From contig CP075497.1 of the NCBI GenBank assembly GCA_021613535.1, forward strand, positions 9,982,001-10,046,000: a stretch of 64,000 nucleotides of DNA. The letters are read 5' to 3'. A program made the position numbers and the translations under genes. How positions within the stretch are numbered: position 1 is the stretch's first letter; each line of letters begins with the position of its first letter. Below are positions 1 through 27,400 of this stretch, in pieces. Under the pieces are notes generated by a model that did not search any database, was not told the origin of the DNA, and was given only the letters and a program-made list of their open reading frames with translations. This DNA comes from Adineta vaga. Taxonomy: Eukaryota; Animalia; Rotifera.

Positions 1-285
1 CGAACTTAAAGATGATGATGAATCTTGGTAACGATCTTTCATGGTTGAGAATTCGTTGCTTTCGCCTGTCAACATTTCAGAAGTGTCACCACCTAAATCA
101 TAATCGATACTCGGGACGGGATGTTGATGTAAGGGCCTGAGTGGTGAAGATAAATCAGCAGATGGATGATTATGGGTAGAATGATGGGTTGAAGATAATT
201 TTGGGAGACCATGTACTGATGTCGTACATAAAAACAATGTTGAAATAAATGTAACAACGAACACGGCCAGAATATCAAATAACAT
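1..285 (-). CDS. Secreted protein / neuropeptide-precursor-like gene, N-terminal part (runs off window edge)
   Basis: The minus-strand frame is open from ATG at 285 to base 1: MLFDILAVFVVTFISTLFLCTTSVHG-LPKLSSTHHSTHNHPSADLSSPLRPLHQHPVPSIDYDLGG... It has a hydrophobic signal peptide with VHG|LP cleavage. A splice acceptor (tttatttcag) sits at ~328 and a candidate 5'UTR donor (caag|gtaatcc) at ~1568. Not in the ORF track because no stop lies inside the window. Confidence 0.7.
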   Translation of the reverse strand, partial: MLFDILAVFVVTFISTLFLCTTSVHGLPKLSSTHHSTHNHPSADLSSPLRPLHQHPVPSIDYDLGGDTSEMLTGESNEFSTMKDRYQDSSSSLSS

Positions 286-3200
286 GTTTGAAGAAAGGTT
301 GAGGAGGTTAGCAAGTTGTCGGATGTTCTGAAATAAAGAAGAAGAATTTCAAAAAATAAATCTTTCCTCTTTCATATAGTATATCAATACATAAATAATA
401 TATAGATGTATTTCTTCAGAAAATCATTGCTCAAATGAAGACGTAAGTTACGAGCAAATATACTTTAGATAATGGCGTCCTCAAGTCATTTCTATTTTTT
501 TTCTAATAAAAAGAGTGACAAGAACATCATATAAAGATCGATGATGATGTTTCGACAAGTTTCTACAAAAGAAGAAGGATTGCAACATGAAACTAGTCAC
601 CGTTGTTATTTTTTTTATATTTCTTGCATAGCTTTCTTTGTTACACTATTATAATTCTCAGGAGATATCGAGCACAAATGTATGTATAGATGTCTGCGTA
701 TGTAAAAGAGCATGAAAATCAGCAGGAGACTGTTCGTTTGACGTTTGTATGTGACATTAATTGCAATTCTTTTTGTCTTTCTCTTCTGGTTTTTTTCTCT
801 TCTTTTCGCCTTTCCAATTTATCTCTAATACTATCTTCTATTGAAATCAACTGACAAAAACGAAGAGCATGGCAAACAATTAACTTTTATCTCAAGCAAT
901 CGCTTACATTTCTATGTTCTATTCATCAATCTCGACGAACTCATATAATATTAAAGAAATCTGAAATCGAATGACATTATGAAATCAAATTAGGTGACAA
1001 ATGAATAAAAAAAACATGCAATCTTAACAATAACATGAAAAAGAAATCAATGATACTAATAGATCTTGTCATTCAACAGTGATGACATTAAGATCTCATG
1101 TCAAATATCCAACGACAAATCATGGCTTATATTCTATATCTCAATCAAAAAACTTTGCCTTTCTCTTTCTATAAAAGTCAGAAAACAAGATTCTAATCTA
1201 ATAATATTTATTGTATACTCTCAATCTCGAAAATGGCGAAGTAAGGATTAAAGAAAATAAATATACAATTTCCTTCATCTATTTCACCTACGTAAAAAAA
1301 AAGAATTCTTCATCAATAAATGTAGACTTAACGATCGAGTCTAAACAAAAGCTTAATACTAAAGAAAAACTTGCGTCTATATTTACCTAACAAACGAACT
1401 CATTTACGTGAACAGATTTTCTATCAGGTGAAAAATCCACGTAAATATACAACTAAAGTCTTGTAAATGTTCAATTCTACTCTCTCACTATGATCATAAT
1501 TTCAAAAAGAAAACACGAGAAGTCTAACAATAAGTTATTCTGATTTCATAGGAATTAGTAAGGATTACCTTGAAAGAATATTATGCTAAAGTATAAGATT
1601 TTTTAATATCATGCATACAGTTATATACTATTGTGTTAATAAAACATTTATTGTGATTAACCATACTTTTCATTCATCTGTAGTATAATAGAAAAGGCAA
1701 AAAAAAAAGGATGATGATGAGATGCATAGAAATGGAACGATTGATTGATTGATTGGTTTTTCCGGAAAGGAAGTAGTAGAGAAGAAAGAAAGTGTGATAT
1801 ACACAACTCGAAAAGAACTTAGCTGACTCACACGTAACAGTTCAATGTCATAAAATTAATACAGATAGTCAACGCATTAGTTGCCGATGACGCACAACTT
1901 CATAAGGAGAAAAAAAAGAACGCGAATAAATAGATGAAGTTTTGAATTATTCATCGAATGTTTCACAATAATAATGGCAGAGAGAATTTTAGGTCAATAT
2001 CCATTTTTTTTTACTTATTAAACAATGACGTAAACACAGAAAAAAGATCCATTGTTTAATATTCATCTACATGTTTAAATTGGTGAGAAATCTAAATGAA
2101 GACGTTTCCTCTACTTATATCATCCTCTTCACTAAAAAACAATCTAACAACTTAGTTTTTCAATAACATTTTGATACTTGCTTTTTTGAAGATTAACATA
2201 TTCTAATCAATGTAGAGACGTACTCAATGAAAGTAGGAGAAAAGCAGTGGAATAATTAGCTTTTCTGTTTAGTATCGATGGTAGAATGGGAGTACTATGA
2301 ATAATTATTTCCTTCCCACACAATACAAATCTGTCTACATATATATTCATCGATATGATTAAGAAAAAGAAAACCAGTCGATCAAAGATACGCCCACCTG
2401 CTTTTGATATAAAAGAACTGGAATCTGTCAGTTTCTTTTTAATTATTAAAACGAATCGAAGACAATCAAGAATACATAATAGATATAAAGAAAACTAGTA
2501 TCAATGATCAATACATCATTCATATTTTGAGATGATATGTCATTGAAATTAGAATAAAAAGAAGAAGATAAGAGAAGACTATCGAAATATTTCAATGAGT
2601 AAAAGTCAAAATAGTTCGGAGTAGAAAAAAAATCAAAAGAAAAGACTGACATGTCAACAGTATTATTATCTATGTTTGATTAAAATCAAATTCATTTATA
2701 TCCATCCTAATGAAGAATATATAGTAGGAAATCTAAATTCGAAATTCTTCTCTATATTTCTCTCGTATCAGAACCATGAATTAACTTTCTTTTTTTTCAC
2801 TTCCGTTTCCTCTTTAGTGAAATCTACTGTTAATCTATTCACTTATAATTTCCTGAAGATCTGGAATGAAAAAAAAGATGACAAAAGGTTTCTTTTCGAT
2901 AAAAATTTGCTTTCAAAAGGATAAGGAAACTTAATTAAATGTGATATTACTCTACTTTCTACTCACATCATTTTTGACAAACGGAAAATATGTATTCTTA
3001 CTTATTTACATATAAATTGTTATCGTATCGTCTTTGTATTTATAAAAAAAATCAATTGAATTTCTAATAAAACGAACAATTACAATATCCTTTAAAAGGA
3101 TTCTTCTTTATGAAAAAAGATTCAAGTGTAAAATTCCTATCCTATCAACGAAATCAAGATATACAACTAAGAGATTATCAAAACCTTCGAGCGAGAAAAG

Positions 3201-4080
3201 GATAAAAATTCTTTTTTTATATTTTCTCATTTGAAATGTCTACTAACCTACGCGTTTTTCTTTAGAACACACGAAGTTCAACTGTTTGTTTCCGTTCTCT
3301 GTCAAATAGTTGACATAACTTCAAGATATTCAACTGTTTAGCTATAGTATTTTCTACTATCTCTATGTCTTCTATTTTTCTTTTTTCTTTCCCAGAACAT
3401 AAATTTTTCTCTCGTCATTTGTTCCTTCCAATCGAATTAGCTTATTAGTTGTTGTTACCATAGCTATCATTGACGTAAGGCAATGTTTCTTGCAGTCTTC
3501 GATTGAAATCTCCGATTATTGTAGGGATATTATCATCAACAATAATTACTATTCATGACCACAAATATACTTATTTTATTAGACAACTTCTATAAATGTC
3601 ATGATAAATAATAATTTCAAATATAGAAATTTATTTTTAGTTGATATTACTAAACTTTATTCAATTGTTTCCATTCTTGTTATTTATCAATTATTTAGAT
3701 ATCGACTATTGAAAAGTCGGTATAAAATAATAATAATATCCACTTTAATTACAAAAGATAGATTAGTTCTATTCTTTGATAAAATCCATAATATATGATT
3801 TCGTCATTTTTATATTCTTTTTGTTTGTTTTAATGCCAGACAGATCAGACCTAATATTAGTAAAGCTGATTCAGGTTTATTATCTTAAAAGAACGTTTTA
3901 TCAACAAAATTTCATTCACCGGAAGTAACAAGCATTAGTTCCGAAATTTTCAGAATGTAAAACAAATATAGAAAAGTAGAGGAGAAAAAAAACCAATCGG
4001 AAGTTAATCAGAAGTTGTTTTGATTGGCAAAATTCTAACATTATCGCTTGTGAGATTGTACAGATATCAGAAATTTGCTA

Positions 4081-4526
4081 TTATATCAATCTTTTATTTA
4101 ATAATACACCAGTTAGAAGAATTCCTACTGAACAGAATGAAATGCAACCCATGCAAAAACACCAAGTACAGTTAATATCGTCAATACTGTCGTAATTTTG
4201 TGTGAGAGACGTTCAGCTGCATTGAATTCTTCTCGTTGAATCATACGACGTAATTGAATTGTTTTATACAGAGCCCAAATGGGTCCAATAAGAAAAAAAC
4301 ATAAGATCGTAAGAACTAATGCCCATGTGAAATGTACAGCTATGACAGGTGGTTTCAATTTGACGGCATTTTTCGGAAGTTTGGAAGTTTGTTCTCGTAA
4401 TGGAGATTTTTTCTTTTGATCTGTATGTGAATGAGATTGAAAACGTTTTGCCTGAAGTTCTTTGGGAGATAATTGAACAGGTGATATTCGATTTATAGAA
4501 TCGAAATTTTCATGTGGCTCTGTCAT
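4081..4526 (-). CDS. CD225/dispanin (IFITM/PRRT-like) small membrane protein; apparent 1-nt frameshift near the C-terminus
   Basis: HFTWALVLTILCFFLIGPIWAL...AAERLSHKITTVLTILTVLGVFAWVA has the two-hydrophobic-segment dispanin layout. The ORF stops at 4125, but an overlapping frame continues the hydrophobic helix (FCSVGILLTGVLLNKRLI*) to 4081. Confidence 0.7.
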
Positions 4527-5149
4527 TTGTTATTTCTTTATTCAGCCTTTTGTTAATAAAAACAACAAAATAAACAGGAAAATAAAAAAAGTAGTGTTAT
4601 GAGCGATTGCTTAGTGACGTAGAGGAAAAAAACAATTTCTCAATTCTTATGATTGTGATTACCGAATTGGAATGAAAGAAAGAAAGAAGAAAAAAACTTA
4701 CAGTTAATTCTTCATTAAAAACATATCTTGTTGCAGAGCGCACATCGTTCTTACAAGAGAAAATCTGGGAATAAGGTGAGATGTTGCTGCTGCTTATAAA
4801 GTAAATATTATTCTATTGATTCATTGGTATTTTGTGACCTTATTTCTTATATTTGTACTTTTTTCATATATAACTTGCCTGTAGAAATCACGAACGAAAA
4901 AAGAAAGAGAAAAACAAATCGCACCAAATTATTAGACATGTGTTTTGATCATTCGTCAATATTTTTTTGTACTATAAAAAGAAAGTCTTCTGCAAGAGTA
5001 TATCAATCGAAATGATGATTTCTCTTTTTGAATATTTTATCTTATTTTTATATTAAAAAAAACCACACGCACGCATACAAACATACAAAGCGAATTACAT
5101 TCAGTGAATAAAGAAAAGAATAGATAGTTATCACCGATAAAACACACTG

Positions 5150-18728
<13,579 letters not shown>

Positions 18729-19319
18729 AAAATGAAGAATTTTTTAAAATACACATACATGTAAATAGTGATAAGCTTAATGAATCATGAGAAAGTCATT
18801 TTTATTGGAGGAAAGAAATCAACCAATAGAATATCAAATAATTGATGAGTTAATTTGCTTTTTTCAAAGCAATATTGATGAAAGTTGTTTTTATTATTTC
18901 TGAAAGATAAATATTCAGTTAAAAATATATACCTGTTTCGATGTTATTTCTATACTTATTGACTAATCAATTTTTACAGTAAAGAAAGAATTAGTAATAG
19001 TAAGAACATTCCTTTGTACGAAAAAAAGAAAAAGAGATTTAAGTTCGAAATCATTGTTAAATTATTTGCTTTATATGAAACCCTTATTTCATGTTATTCT
19101 ATATTTTCTAATAGAAACTCATTCCTTCAGTACATATATAACACATCAGACATATTTAACAATGAATGTTGTGCAGAAATATTTTTTAGTATGTTGATTC
19201 AATGAAACGCGTTTATTTATTGATATAAAAAAATACAGAAGAATTCTTTGTAGACTATATTCACAATCGAACGATGAGATTATAAAAATATAAAATGGAA
19301 TTGATGTTTATATATGAGA

Positions 19320-20827
19320 TTATTTCAACGATTGTTTTGGTTTACGAATTTGAGGTGTAATTGTTTTCGTTGGAATCATTTGAATATTTGATTCAGTTAA
19401 AATTCGATCAAGTACTTTTTCAAATTTTGCATCACCAACTTGTTCACCAATATGATATAATTTTAACATGTAATCCGAATGAAAAACATTACTATTATCC
19501 ATAAAACGTTTATAATCAGTTTGAAGTAACTAATATTGAAAAGAAAAAGTCAATCGAAATGAAATTGTAACACAAATAACCTACTCGAAAATCACTTTCA
19601 AGTCGAGCACGTGACGAGAATTCTCGTCGATAACGTTCTTCAGCTAATTTAATTCTAAATATATCAATACATTCGATTTTTTATTATCATAGAAATCGTT
19701 TTACTTGTTATTTAATTCAGTAATTTCTTCTGCATGTCGTTGATTAATTATGTCGATATTTTGCATATGTTCTTTCGTTAATTCACCTCGGAGTTTTTCC
19801 AACGCTTTTAATTCTCGTTCAGCATATTCAGCCTATTGAAAAATCACAGTACTGAGACAAGAAATGTGAATGAAATTTTTTTCTTCTTACATCTTTTTTA
19901 GCAATTAATTCTTGAGCAAATCGTTTTTTTTCTTCGAGAAATTCAAGTGCAAGTAATGAACGTAAACGATCTTCAGCTTGTTTTACTGCCTGAAACAATG
20001 AATAAACGAAATTCATAATACGATTTTTTCAATATGAATTTCTTACAATAGCAAGTTGTTCATTAGCCAATTTCCATTGTCTGGCTAATGCTTCTTCACA
20101 TTCAGCTCTCAATCGTTTGATTAATGCTTCTTCTTCGGCGCGATTTTTTTCGCGACGTAAACGTTCAAAATCTGCCATTATATCATCAAATTCCTAAGAA
20201 AACAAATTCGAATGAATGTTTCTGTTATTCGACTAAAACCAAATTTACCTTTTTTAATCGACGTCGTTCTTCTTCTAATAGTTCTTTCCAATGTCGTGTG
20301 ATTTCTTCCGTTTTTAATCGATATTCATTTTCCAATCGTCGTCGTTCAGCGTCAACTAATTGTTGATAAGTTTGTTGAATACGACGTTCATTACTAACTT
20401 CCATTTGAAATAATAATTCATCACCAATTACTAAAAAAGAGATAATTAATCATAAATTATTCGTTCTTCTCACCATTAAATCAAGAATAAATCATCTTCA
20501 ATTCAATCACAACAGATATATTGATAATGATCTTACCTGGAAAAATTTCATTTCTTATTCTAAAACTATGTTAATAGTGATTAATATTGTGCATAAAATT
20601 AGTTTTTAATCAAAAACAATAAGAAAAAATAACATACCGAGAATATGTTCATGGGTAACTTGTTGAACTAATTCTTCTTTTGGATGATAAAATCGATGCG
20701 AAACTTTTGTATCAAGTGGTACTGGTGGCCGACGCATTCGAATTGGTAGAAAACATCGTTTTGATCCACCGGTTGTATGTGGTCGGTCAGTTGAAAATCG
20801 AACAGCTTCGTAATGTGCTTGAGACAT
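19320..20827 (-). CDS. Coiled-coil protein, C6orf163-like
   Basis: Spliced exons give MSQAHYEAV...VTHEHILVIGDELLFQ, a long E/K/R-rich coiled coil, then DYKRFMDNSNVFHSDYMLKL. The THEHILVIG and terminal HSDYML motifs resemble recalled C6orf163 THKDILDIG and HADFIL. The family call is tentative. Confidence 0.65.
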
Positions 20828-20955
20828 GTTATTCTATCTACAAAAATGTTCTTCTATTTTTTTAGAGTGCATATCGCACGAGATAAAACGTCACTGATTT
20901 ATGAAAAGAAAAAAAAAAGAAAATAAAGCCTGAGATCTATGAAAATAAACAATGT

Positions 20956-23900
20956 TTATGGATTCACGAAGGAAACTTGTCGATCCGTTTGTTGATCATC
21001 ATGAATAGAAAATCGACTTGGTTCATATCGATTTTGAAAATATTTATCAATAATACTATTAGCATCTTCAACTTCAATTGTATTTTTCACACATTTACGA
21101 ATATCTTCCCAAATATTATCGGAAAATTTCGTTTCTGGATCAACATTTGTTTCTCGTTCTTGTAAAGATTGTCGAGACCAAGCATTCCATATACGCATAG
21201 TACAATCAAGAGATACTGTAATATATTGTTTTCGTTCGGGAATGAATAAAACATCTCTACAATTACACAAAGAAATTCGAATTCATTTTGAGAACATATT
21301 TTTCATACCGAATAACATCAGTATGTCCATCATTAGTTTGAACACATGTATAATCATCCATTTCAAAAACTTTTAACGTATCTTGATTACCAATTAAAAT
21401 TGCTTTTTGAACATAATCAATTGCAATTGCATGTATACTTCCTCGTGTATTAATTGCTTGAAGTAATTGTCCATCTTTATTCTAAAAATTATATTGTAAA
21501 ATATATGATTTTATTAAATGAAAAATCATTTACCCAAATTCGAAATTCTCCATTATCCATTCCTGTCACCCATTCATTTGTAACAAAATTCCATTTAATA
21601 CATGTCACTTCTGAATCTACTCGTGCTTTTAATTCATACATCAATGTCATTTCTGAACCTACAGAGGAAAATTTTCGTACATAAACACACATATCACTTC
21701 CAGCTGCATAAGCAAAATATTTCAATTGTGGACTATAATCCATATTATGAATATATCCCATTGAAGCTGCTTCTACCATATCAACATGTGTCGCATTTGG
21801 ATTACTGTAAACATTATACAGTAAGTAATGATTTAAATCCCAAATACAAATACGTCGATCCCATCCAGCACTGAGAAGATAAACATTACCAAATGATTTC
21901 ACATCATCAACAACTACTAATGAAGTGACAGGTTCGGTATGATTACTGAATATTTTAAGTAATGTAAAACCAACAACACGATTAGCAACTCCACCTTCTT
22001 AAATTTCGAAAAACAAAATTTCATAGAATTGACGAGGAAGAAGATTATCATCAATACCTTCTGTATGATTGTTTTCATCAGTAGATTCTTCTTTCAATGT
22101 TTTTAAAGCTTGTAATGCTTCTAAATCAAATCCCCAAACATAAATATTTTTATCTTCACTAGCAGCTATAATTAAATCTAATTTTTCGACAAATATTATT
22201 CGAAGAATTGATTTTCCTGTTACTGTTTTCGTTAAATCTTTTAATGATTGTGGTTGATTTTGTTTATCTAAATGTTCGTATTGTGAAACATAACCACCAA
22301 TACCACGTTCACGTTCAGCAATTTTTGCTGATGAACGTGAACGAACATAATATGCTGGTAAACGTTCACTAACAGTTTTAATACGTTTACCAGATGCTGC
22401 TCGTTTCGAATTCGTTGTTGATATCTTTTCATCGTTATCATTCTTTCCTTGTTCATTTGTTTTGTTTTCTTTCTCTTTCACATTCGTAGTTGTTGTTGCA
22501 CTTTTTGTTTCACCCAATGAAACAGCTTGAACTAAATATTCACTTATATCTTTTTTGCCATCGAGTTTTAGAAGACGATCTTTCGAATACATAATTCGAT
22601 TAGATTGCATTTGTTCCCATTTGAAAACATTTCCTATTGATGAGACAGAAGATAGAGAGAATATTTTTTAATCAGATCTTTTTCTTAATATATCATCTGT
22701 TTAGTGTATCACAAAAAGAAATTATACAACTGTCACACACAAAGTAATTCGTTGAATTTCTACGCTCACCTTCAGTATCTCCTGTAAACATCTAATTAAG
22801 TAATTAGAAGAAGAAAATAGAATTCTGATGAACATGTAAGGAAAAGAGAGAAAGAGGTAATTATCTTACCAGTATCGGTGCTGTACTTGTATAACATACA
22901 TTTTCCAAAGGCGATTTAAGTCTTAAACATGATACACAACCACTATGATACAAATCATTAAGATAAAAAGTTTGAGAAAAGAAGAAATATGTTTAATAAT
23001 TACGTTTTTTTATAGTACCATGCAAGAAATTGTTTAGTATTTGTCGAAGCAACAACAATATTCATTTCGGGTAGATATCGAAGAGAAACAAGACAATAAT
23101 TTGGTTTATTTTTATCATTATCAGAATGTTTTTCATCAGCATTGAGAAATGTATCTTTTTGAATAGATACAAATTAATTCAAATGATATGTAAAGAGATT
23201 TATTCTTACCTATAAAACTTGATACTTTCTCACCACTTTTTGGATCATAAACATCAGCATAATGTTGACCAGCAGCTGCGAATTATTCATATATAAAATG
23301 GGCATAGTTTATTGAAATTTCAAAAACAATATCCTACCAATCCAAACTGTTTTTGTTGCATTTACAAAAGTTAATCCAGTGACTGCATATGAAAAGTCCG
23401 CAAATTTATACAAGGCTTTACCATCTAAACTCCAAACTTTCGCTGTTTTATCAAATGAACCTGTCATTAACCATTCACTATTATCGATGGGATTTTTCTG
23501 TGCTATAATACATGTTATTCCAGCAGTATGAGCATTAACATTTTTCGATACAATAGGTGGCTTATTAGTTCGACATTCATATATAATTAATTGTCCATCA
23601 AAACCGACAGAATATAATTTATCAAGCATTAAAATCCCAGTTGTTATATCTTTATGTTCAAATACTATACTCAATGGTGTTTCTCGAATAACTTGACCAT
23701 TTGCAGGGTTGGTATCATATTCATGTAATTGAATACCTATTGATTCGCAGAAATCTCATTATTTAGAAAAAGATATCAGATTGATATTTTACCGTTTGAA
23801 ATACCGAAAATAATCTGTTTTAAACGAGAATGATAACAGATAGCGTATACTACCGAACCAATATTAAGTTTATCAATAACAGAACCAATTCCTACATATC

Positions 23901-24246
23901 AAAACAATGTATGAATGGAAAAACTCTTCTTAATATCAATCTACCATTGTATGTGACAATTGTGGAATCATTACCAGCTGAGAAAAATACTCGAGCAGCA
24001 GCAAGTGAACTCAAAGCAGTAACCCAACCTTTATGTTTATAACAATGATGTATACGTTCACCTAAAGCAAATATATTTCTATAAAAATCTTTCGTACAAA
24101 GTTTAATTTTTACCTGTTTCATGATCAAATGTTTCTACCGAACCATCTTCAAAACCAAGAACTACCTCACGTCGTACTGGATTACTTCCAATTGCTGTTA
24201 CTTTGGATTTAATACTTTTAATATCCAAATAAGCCTCTAAAGCCAT
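20956..24246 (-). CDS. Uncharacterised multi-propeller WD40-repeat protein
   Basis: Starts MALEAYLDIKSIKSKVTAIG at 24246. WD repeats include LMTGSFDKTAKVWS, IIAASEDKNIYVWG, LLSAGWDRRICIWD, WVTGMDNGEFRIW and YITVSLDCTMRIWN. A frame-required 22-nt microexon (MFTGDTEG) lies at ~22770-22791. Confidence 0.85.
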
Positions 24247-24493
24247 TGATCTATATGAAATTCAAGAAAGAGTTTCTTTTCTATTCTTTTGCATTTCAAC
24301 AAAAATTAAAACTAATTTGTAAACAAACTTATTATTATTAAAAAGAAAAGTTTTGCTATAAAAATCTTCTAAATCTACGCAGACATGTTTAATTCTGTGT
24401 TAACAAGCACAAATATACATTTCAAGGGAAATAAAAAGAAGCAAATGATAGACAAATACAGTGAAAAACAAAGAGCACTTCAACAAAAAAATA

Positions 24494-27400
24494 TTAATTA
24501 GATTCTTCTCCATCGAGATTTTCATCTGAATCCAACATCGAAGTTTTCGTTGAATCTGCTGTTAAAGGTCGACGATGTTCAATGCCTATTGAAAATACAT
24601 TGATATGAACAAGAAATAATGGAGAACAAACAAATTACCTTTACTAGCTTGAGATTTCCATAAACTAAAAAGTAAAAATGTGAATTCAAATAATAATTAA
24701 AGTTTAGTTCTTACGAATCATAAGTATGTTGAGAAATATCACCTGATGATAGTGGATTATTCGTGACTAACCCTCGAGTTCTAAAAACAAACCAAAAAGT
24801 TTTTTTCTTTCTCTTATTAAATACGTATTTCTATAGAATATCTATGAGAAGAAAATGAATTCGAGATGATATTCTGTAGAATAGAATATTTATTAACGAA
24901 TTTCAAATCATTTCGAATTCATTCTCTTCTTGATATTAATAACAATATACAATAGATTTAATGAGAGTGAAACATTCAATAAAGAACGTGCGAAGGCGAA
25001 CAAGAAATGGTATTTAGTGTGTTAGTTTTTTGCATACGTGCTTGCGTTCTTACCGAAGATGGACTAGAAAAAGAAATAATTTGATGTTTTTTTTTGGTTA
25101 AATCGAACCAAAAATACTACATGTGTACACTCAGAAAAGCAGATTAGCTGAGAGAAAAACATTCAATAATACATACGAAATTTGTGGCAAATGAACATTA
25201 GATGTTTTCCTCGGTGGATTGGTATGTAATGTCGTAAATGTATCAGTTTCATCATCATCGTCCTAAATTTTAAAATAATAAAAGTTTTAAAATATGATCT
25301 TTGTTTACTTGAGTATCGACAGATTGTCGAGATGGTTGAAATACTTGGGCGATTGTGCTAACACCTGGTGTGTGTCCTTTTGTTGAAGATTCATGTAGTT
25401 TTTGATCAATAATTCGTTTTTTATCTGTTAAATTTGATGAACGAGGTGGTACTGAACTTTCCGATTCACTGAAAAAAAGAGATCACATCTGTTTTTTGCA
25501 TCTATGATCTTACCTGTCAGAACGAGTAGGATTTGTTGTTTTAACAAGTGGCTGTCGAGCAAGAGCAGATATAGTACTTTCTCCATGATCATGTTTCGTT
25601 TTTGATGAAGCTGTTGTTGGAAGTCGACGTTGTTCTGTTGGAGTTCGAGATGTTGAATGTTTGTCACGTTGTTGATCTTCAAATGTAACTAATTTACTAC
25701 CAGTTGAACGTATCGATGTAATGCTACGTCGAACATCAAGTCGTTCATTGACTAATTTTTCTAATGTTCGACTTATATCGGCACGAATACGTTCAAATTC
25801 AGGTAAATCCTAAGAAAAAGAAATAAATCATGCAATGATTTTTAGTAATTAGAAAAAATCGTCTTTTACATTTTGAATATTTCGTCGTGTTTGTAGAGCA
25901 CTTTCCATTTTAGTTCGATAATCTAGATCAGTTAGACGAGTATCATTCTACAATGAAATCAGTTAGTAGTAATTCATTTTGAAGTAAAAATCTTATTACT
26001 TCTGATATGCCGAGATTTTCTTCATCTTGGAGTTCATCATTAAATTGTTTTCTTGCTTCATCACGATATTTTGTTAAAAATTTTGGATTTTCTCTCAATC
26101 GTCCAACAAGATTTGGACAATAATTAGCTAATATAATTTCTGTCGTCTGTATTGGTCGAGTTGGTCGAGTTGGAACTGGTGAATCAGTTGAACGTGCTGA
26201 TGGAATAGGTGATTTACGGTCAGTAGTTGGTGGTGGCGGATTTTGAGATTGATTATTTGTTTGTTGAAGTTCTTCTTGAAGTTTCTTTCGAAGTAATTTT
26301 TCTTCATTATATCGCTAAATAGATTCAATGAATGTCATAAGATTATAAAAGATTGGTATGACTTACATTCTGATAACTAATTAGTTCTTCTGATAGACGA
26401 GTTGAATTTCCGGAAGTACCTTGAAGTAATCGTAGATTTTCTTTGAGATTAACTATTTCTTTTAGAAGCTAAATAGAAAGAATTCAGAGATGATTAAATA
26501 CAAGTGAAAGTGAAGATTTACATTTTCATTTTCACGTTCAATACGTTGTCGTAATTTTTGTTCTTTTTTTAAATCGGATTCAGTTTGTTGAAGTAATTGT
26601 TTCTATACATATATATATATATATATACGTAACATAAATTCTAAAGAAACTTGAAATAAGAGATAATTTACCAATTGTTCAATATCAGCTCGTAAACTTC
26701 TGTTTTCCTTTAAGAGTTCAGAAACTCCAGCATCTCTTCGTTGAGGTGATGGCGAACGTGTATGGCCATTCTTCAAAATACAAGACAAAGTATCGAATGA
26801 GAAAGTTTTTGGTGTTTAATTTAATATTACTGTTTTCATTAATGAAAATCGATCGTCTAAAATCGTTAATCGAGTTGTTAATGCATGAATTTCTTCCTAG
26901 AATGAGTTTAATAAGTCAAATATTCTTGAATAAAGTGCAAGGATATTACTTTTAGTTGACGATTATGTGTCTCACGATCACGAATTTTTTCTTCGTCAAC
27001 TGCCTAAAAGAATCAAATTCGATTGAAATAGTTATTCAATCTTGCATGTCATGTTTCGATCAACAATATATGGTGATTTCTAAGATGCTCTTATTTATAG
27101 TCAATGTTTGATTGTAGCTTTAAATCAATTGATAAGCACTTCTATTCACATTATCAATTTCATGCGAAAATGTATCGTTTTCAATTAACAAGAGCGAAAA
27201 ACACTATTACTTACTATCGTATAATTTATACTAAAATACAGCGAAAAATTTTCGAGCAAAATCATACTAAATATCGATCTTTCAAACAGTTTATTGTCTG
27301 AACTTACCAGATTAGTAATACGAACAACTATTGATTAGAATGTTTCTTTCATTTATCATCTCATTATTTTTATAAACACATATTCTAAGAATATGGTTAA

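Noticed and set aside
93-3798. Short ORF-track entries (93-314, 1066, 2446, 2676, 3601)
   Set aside because: F/I/L/K-rich translations typical of AT-rich non-coding DNA. 93-314 is an alternative frame of the signal-peptide ORF.
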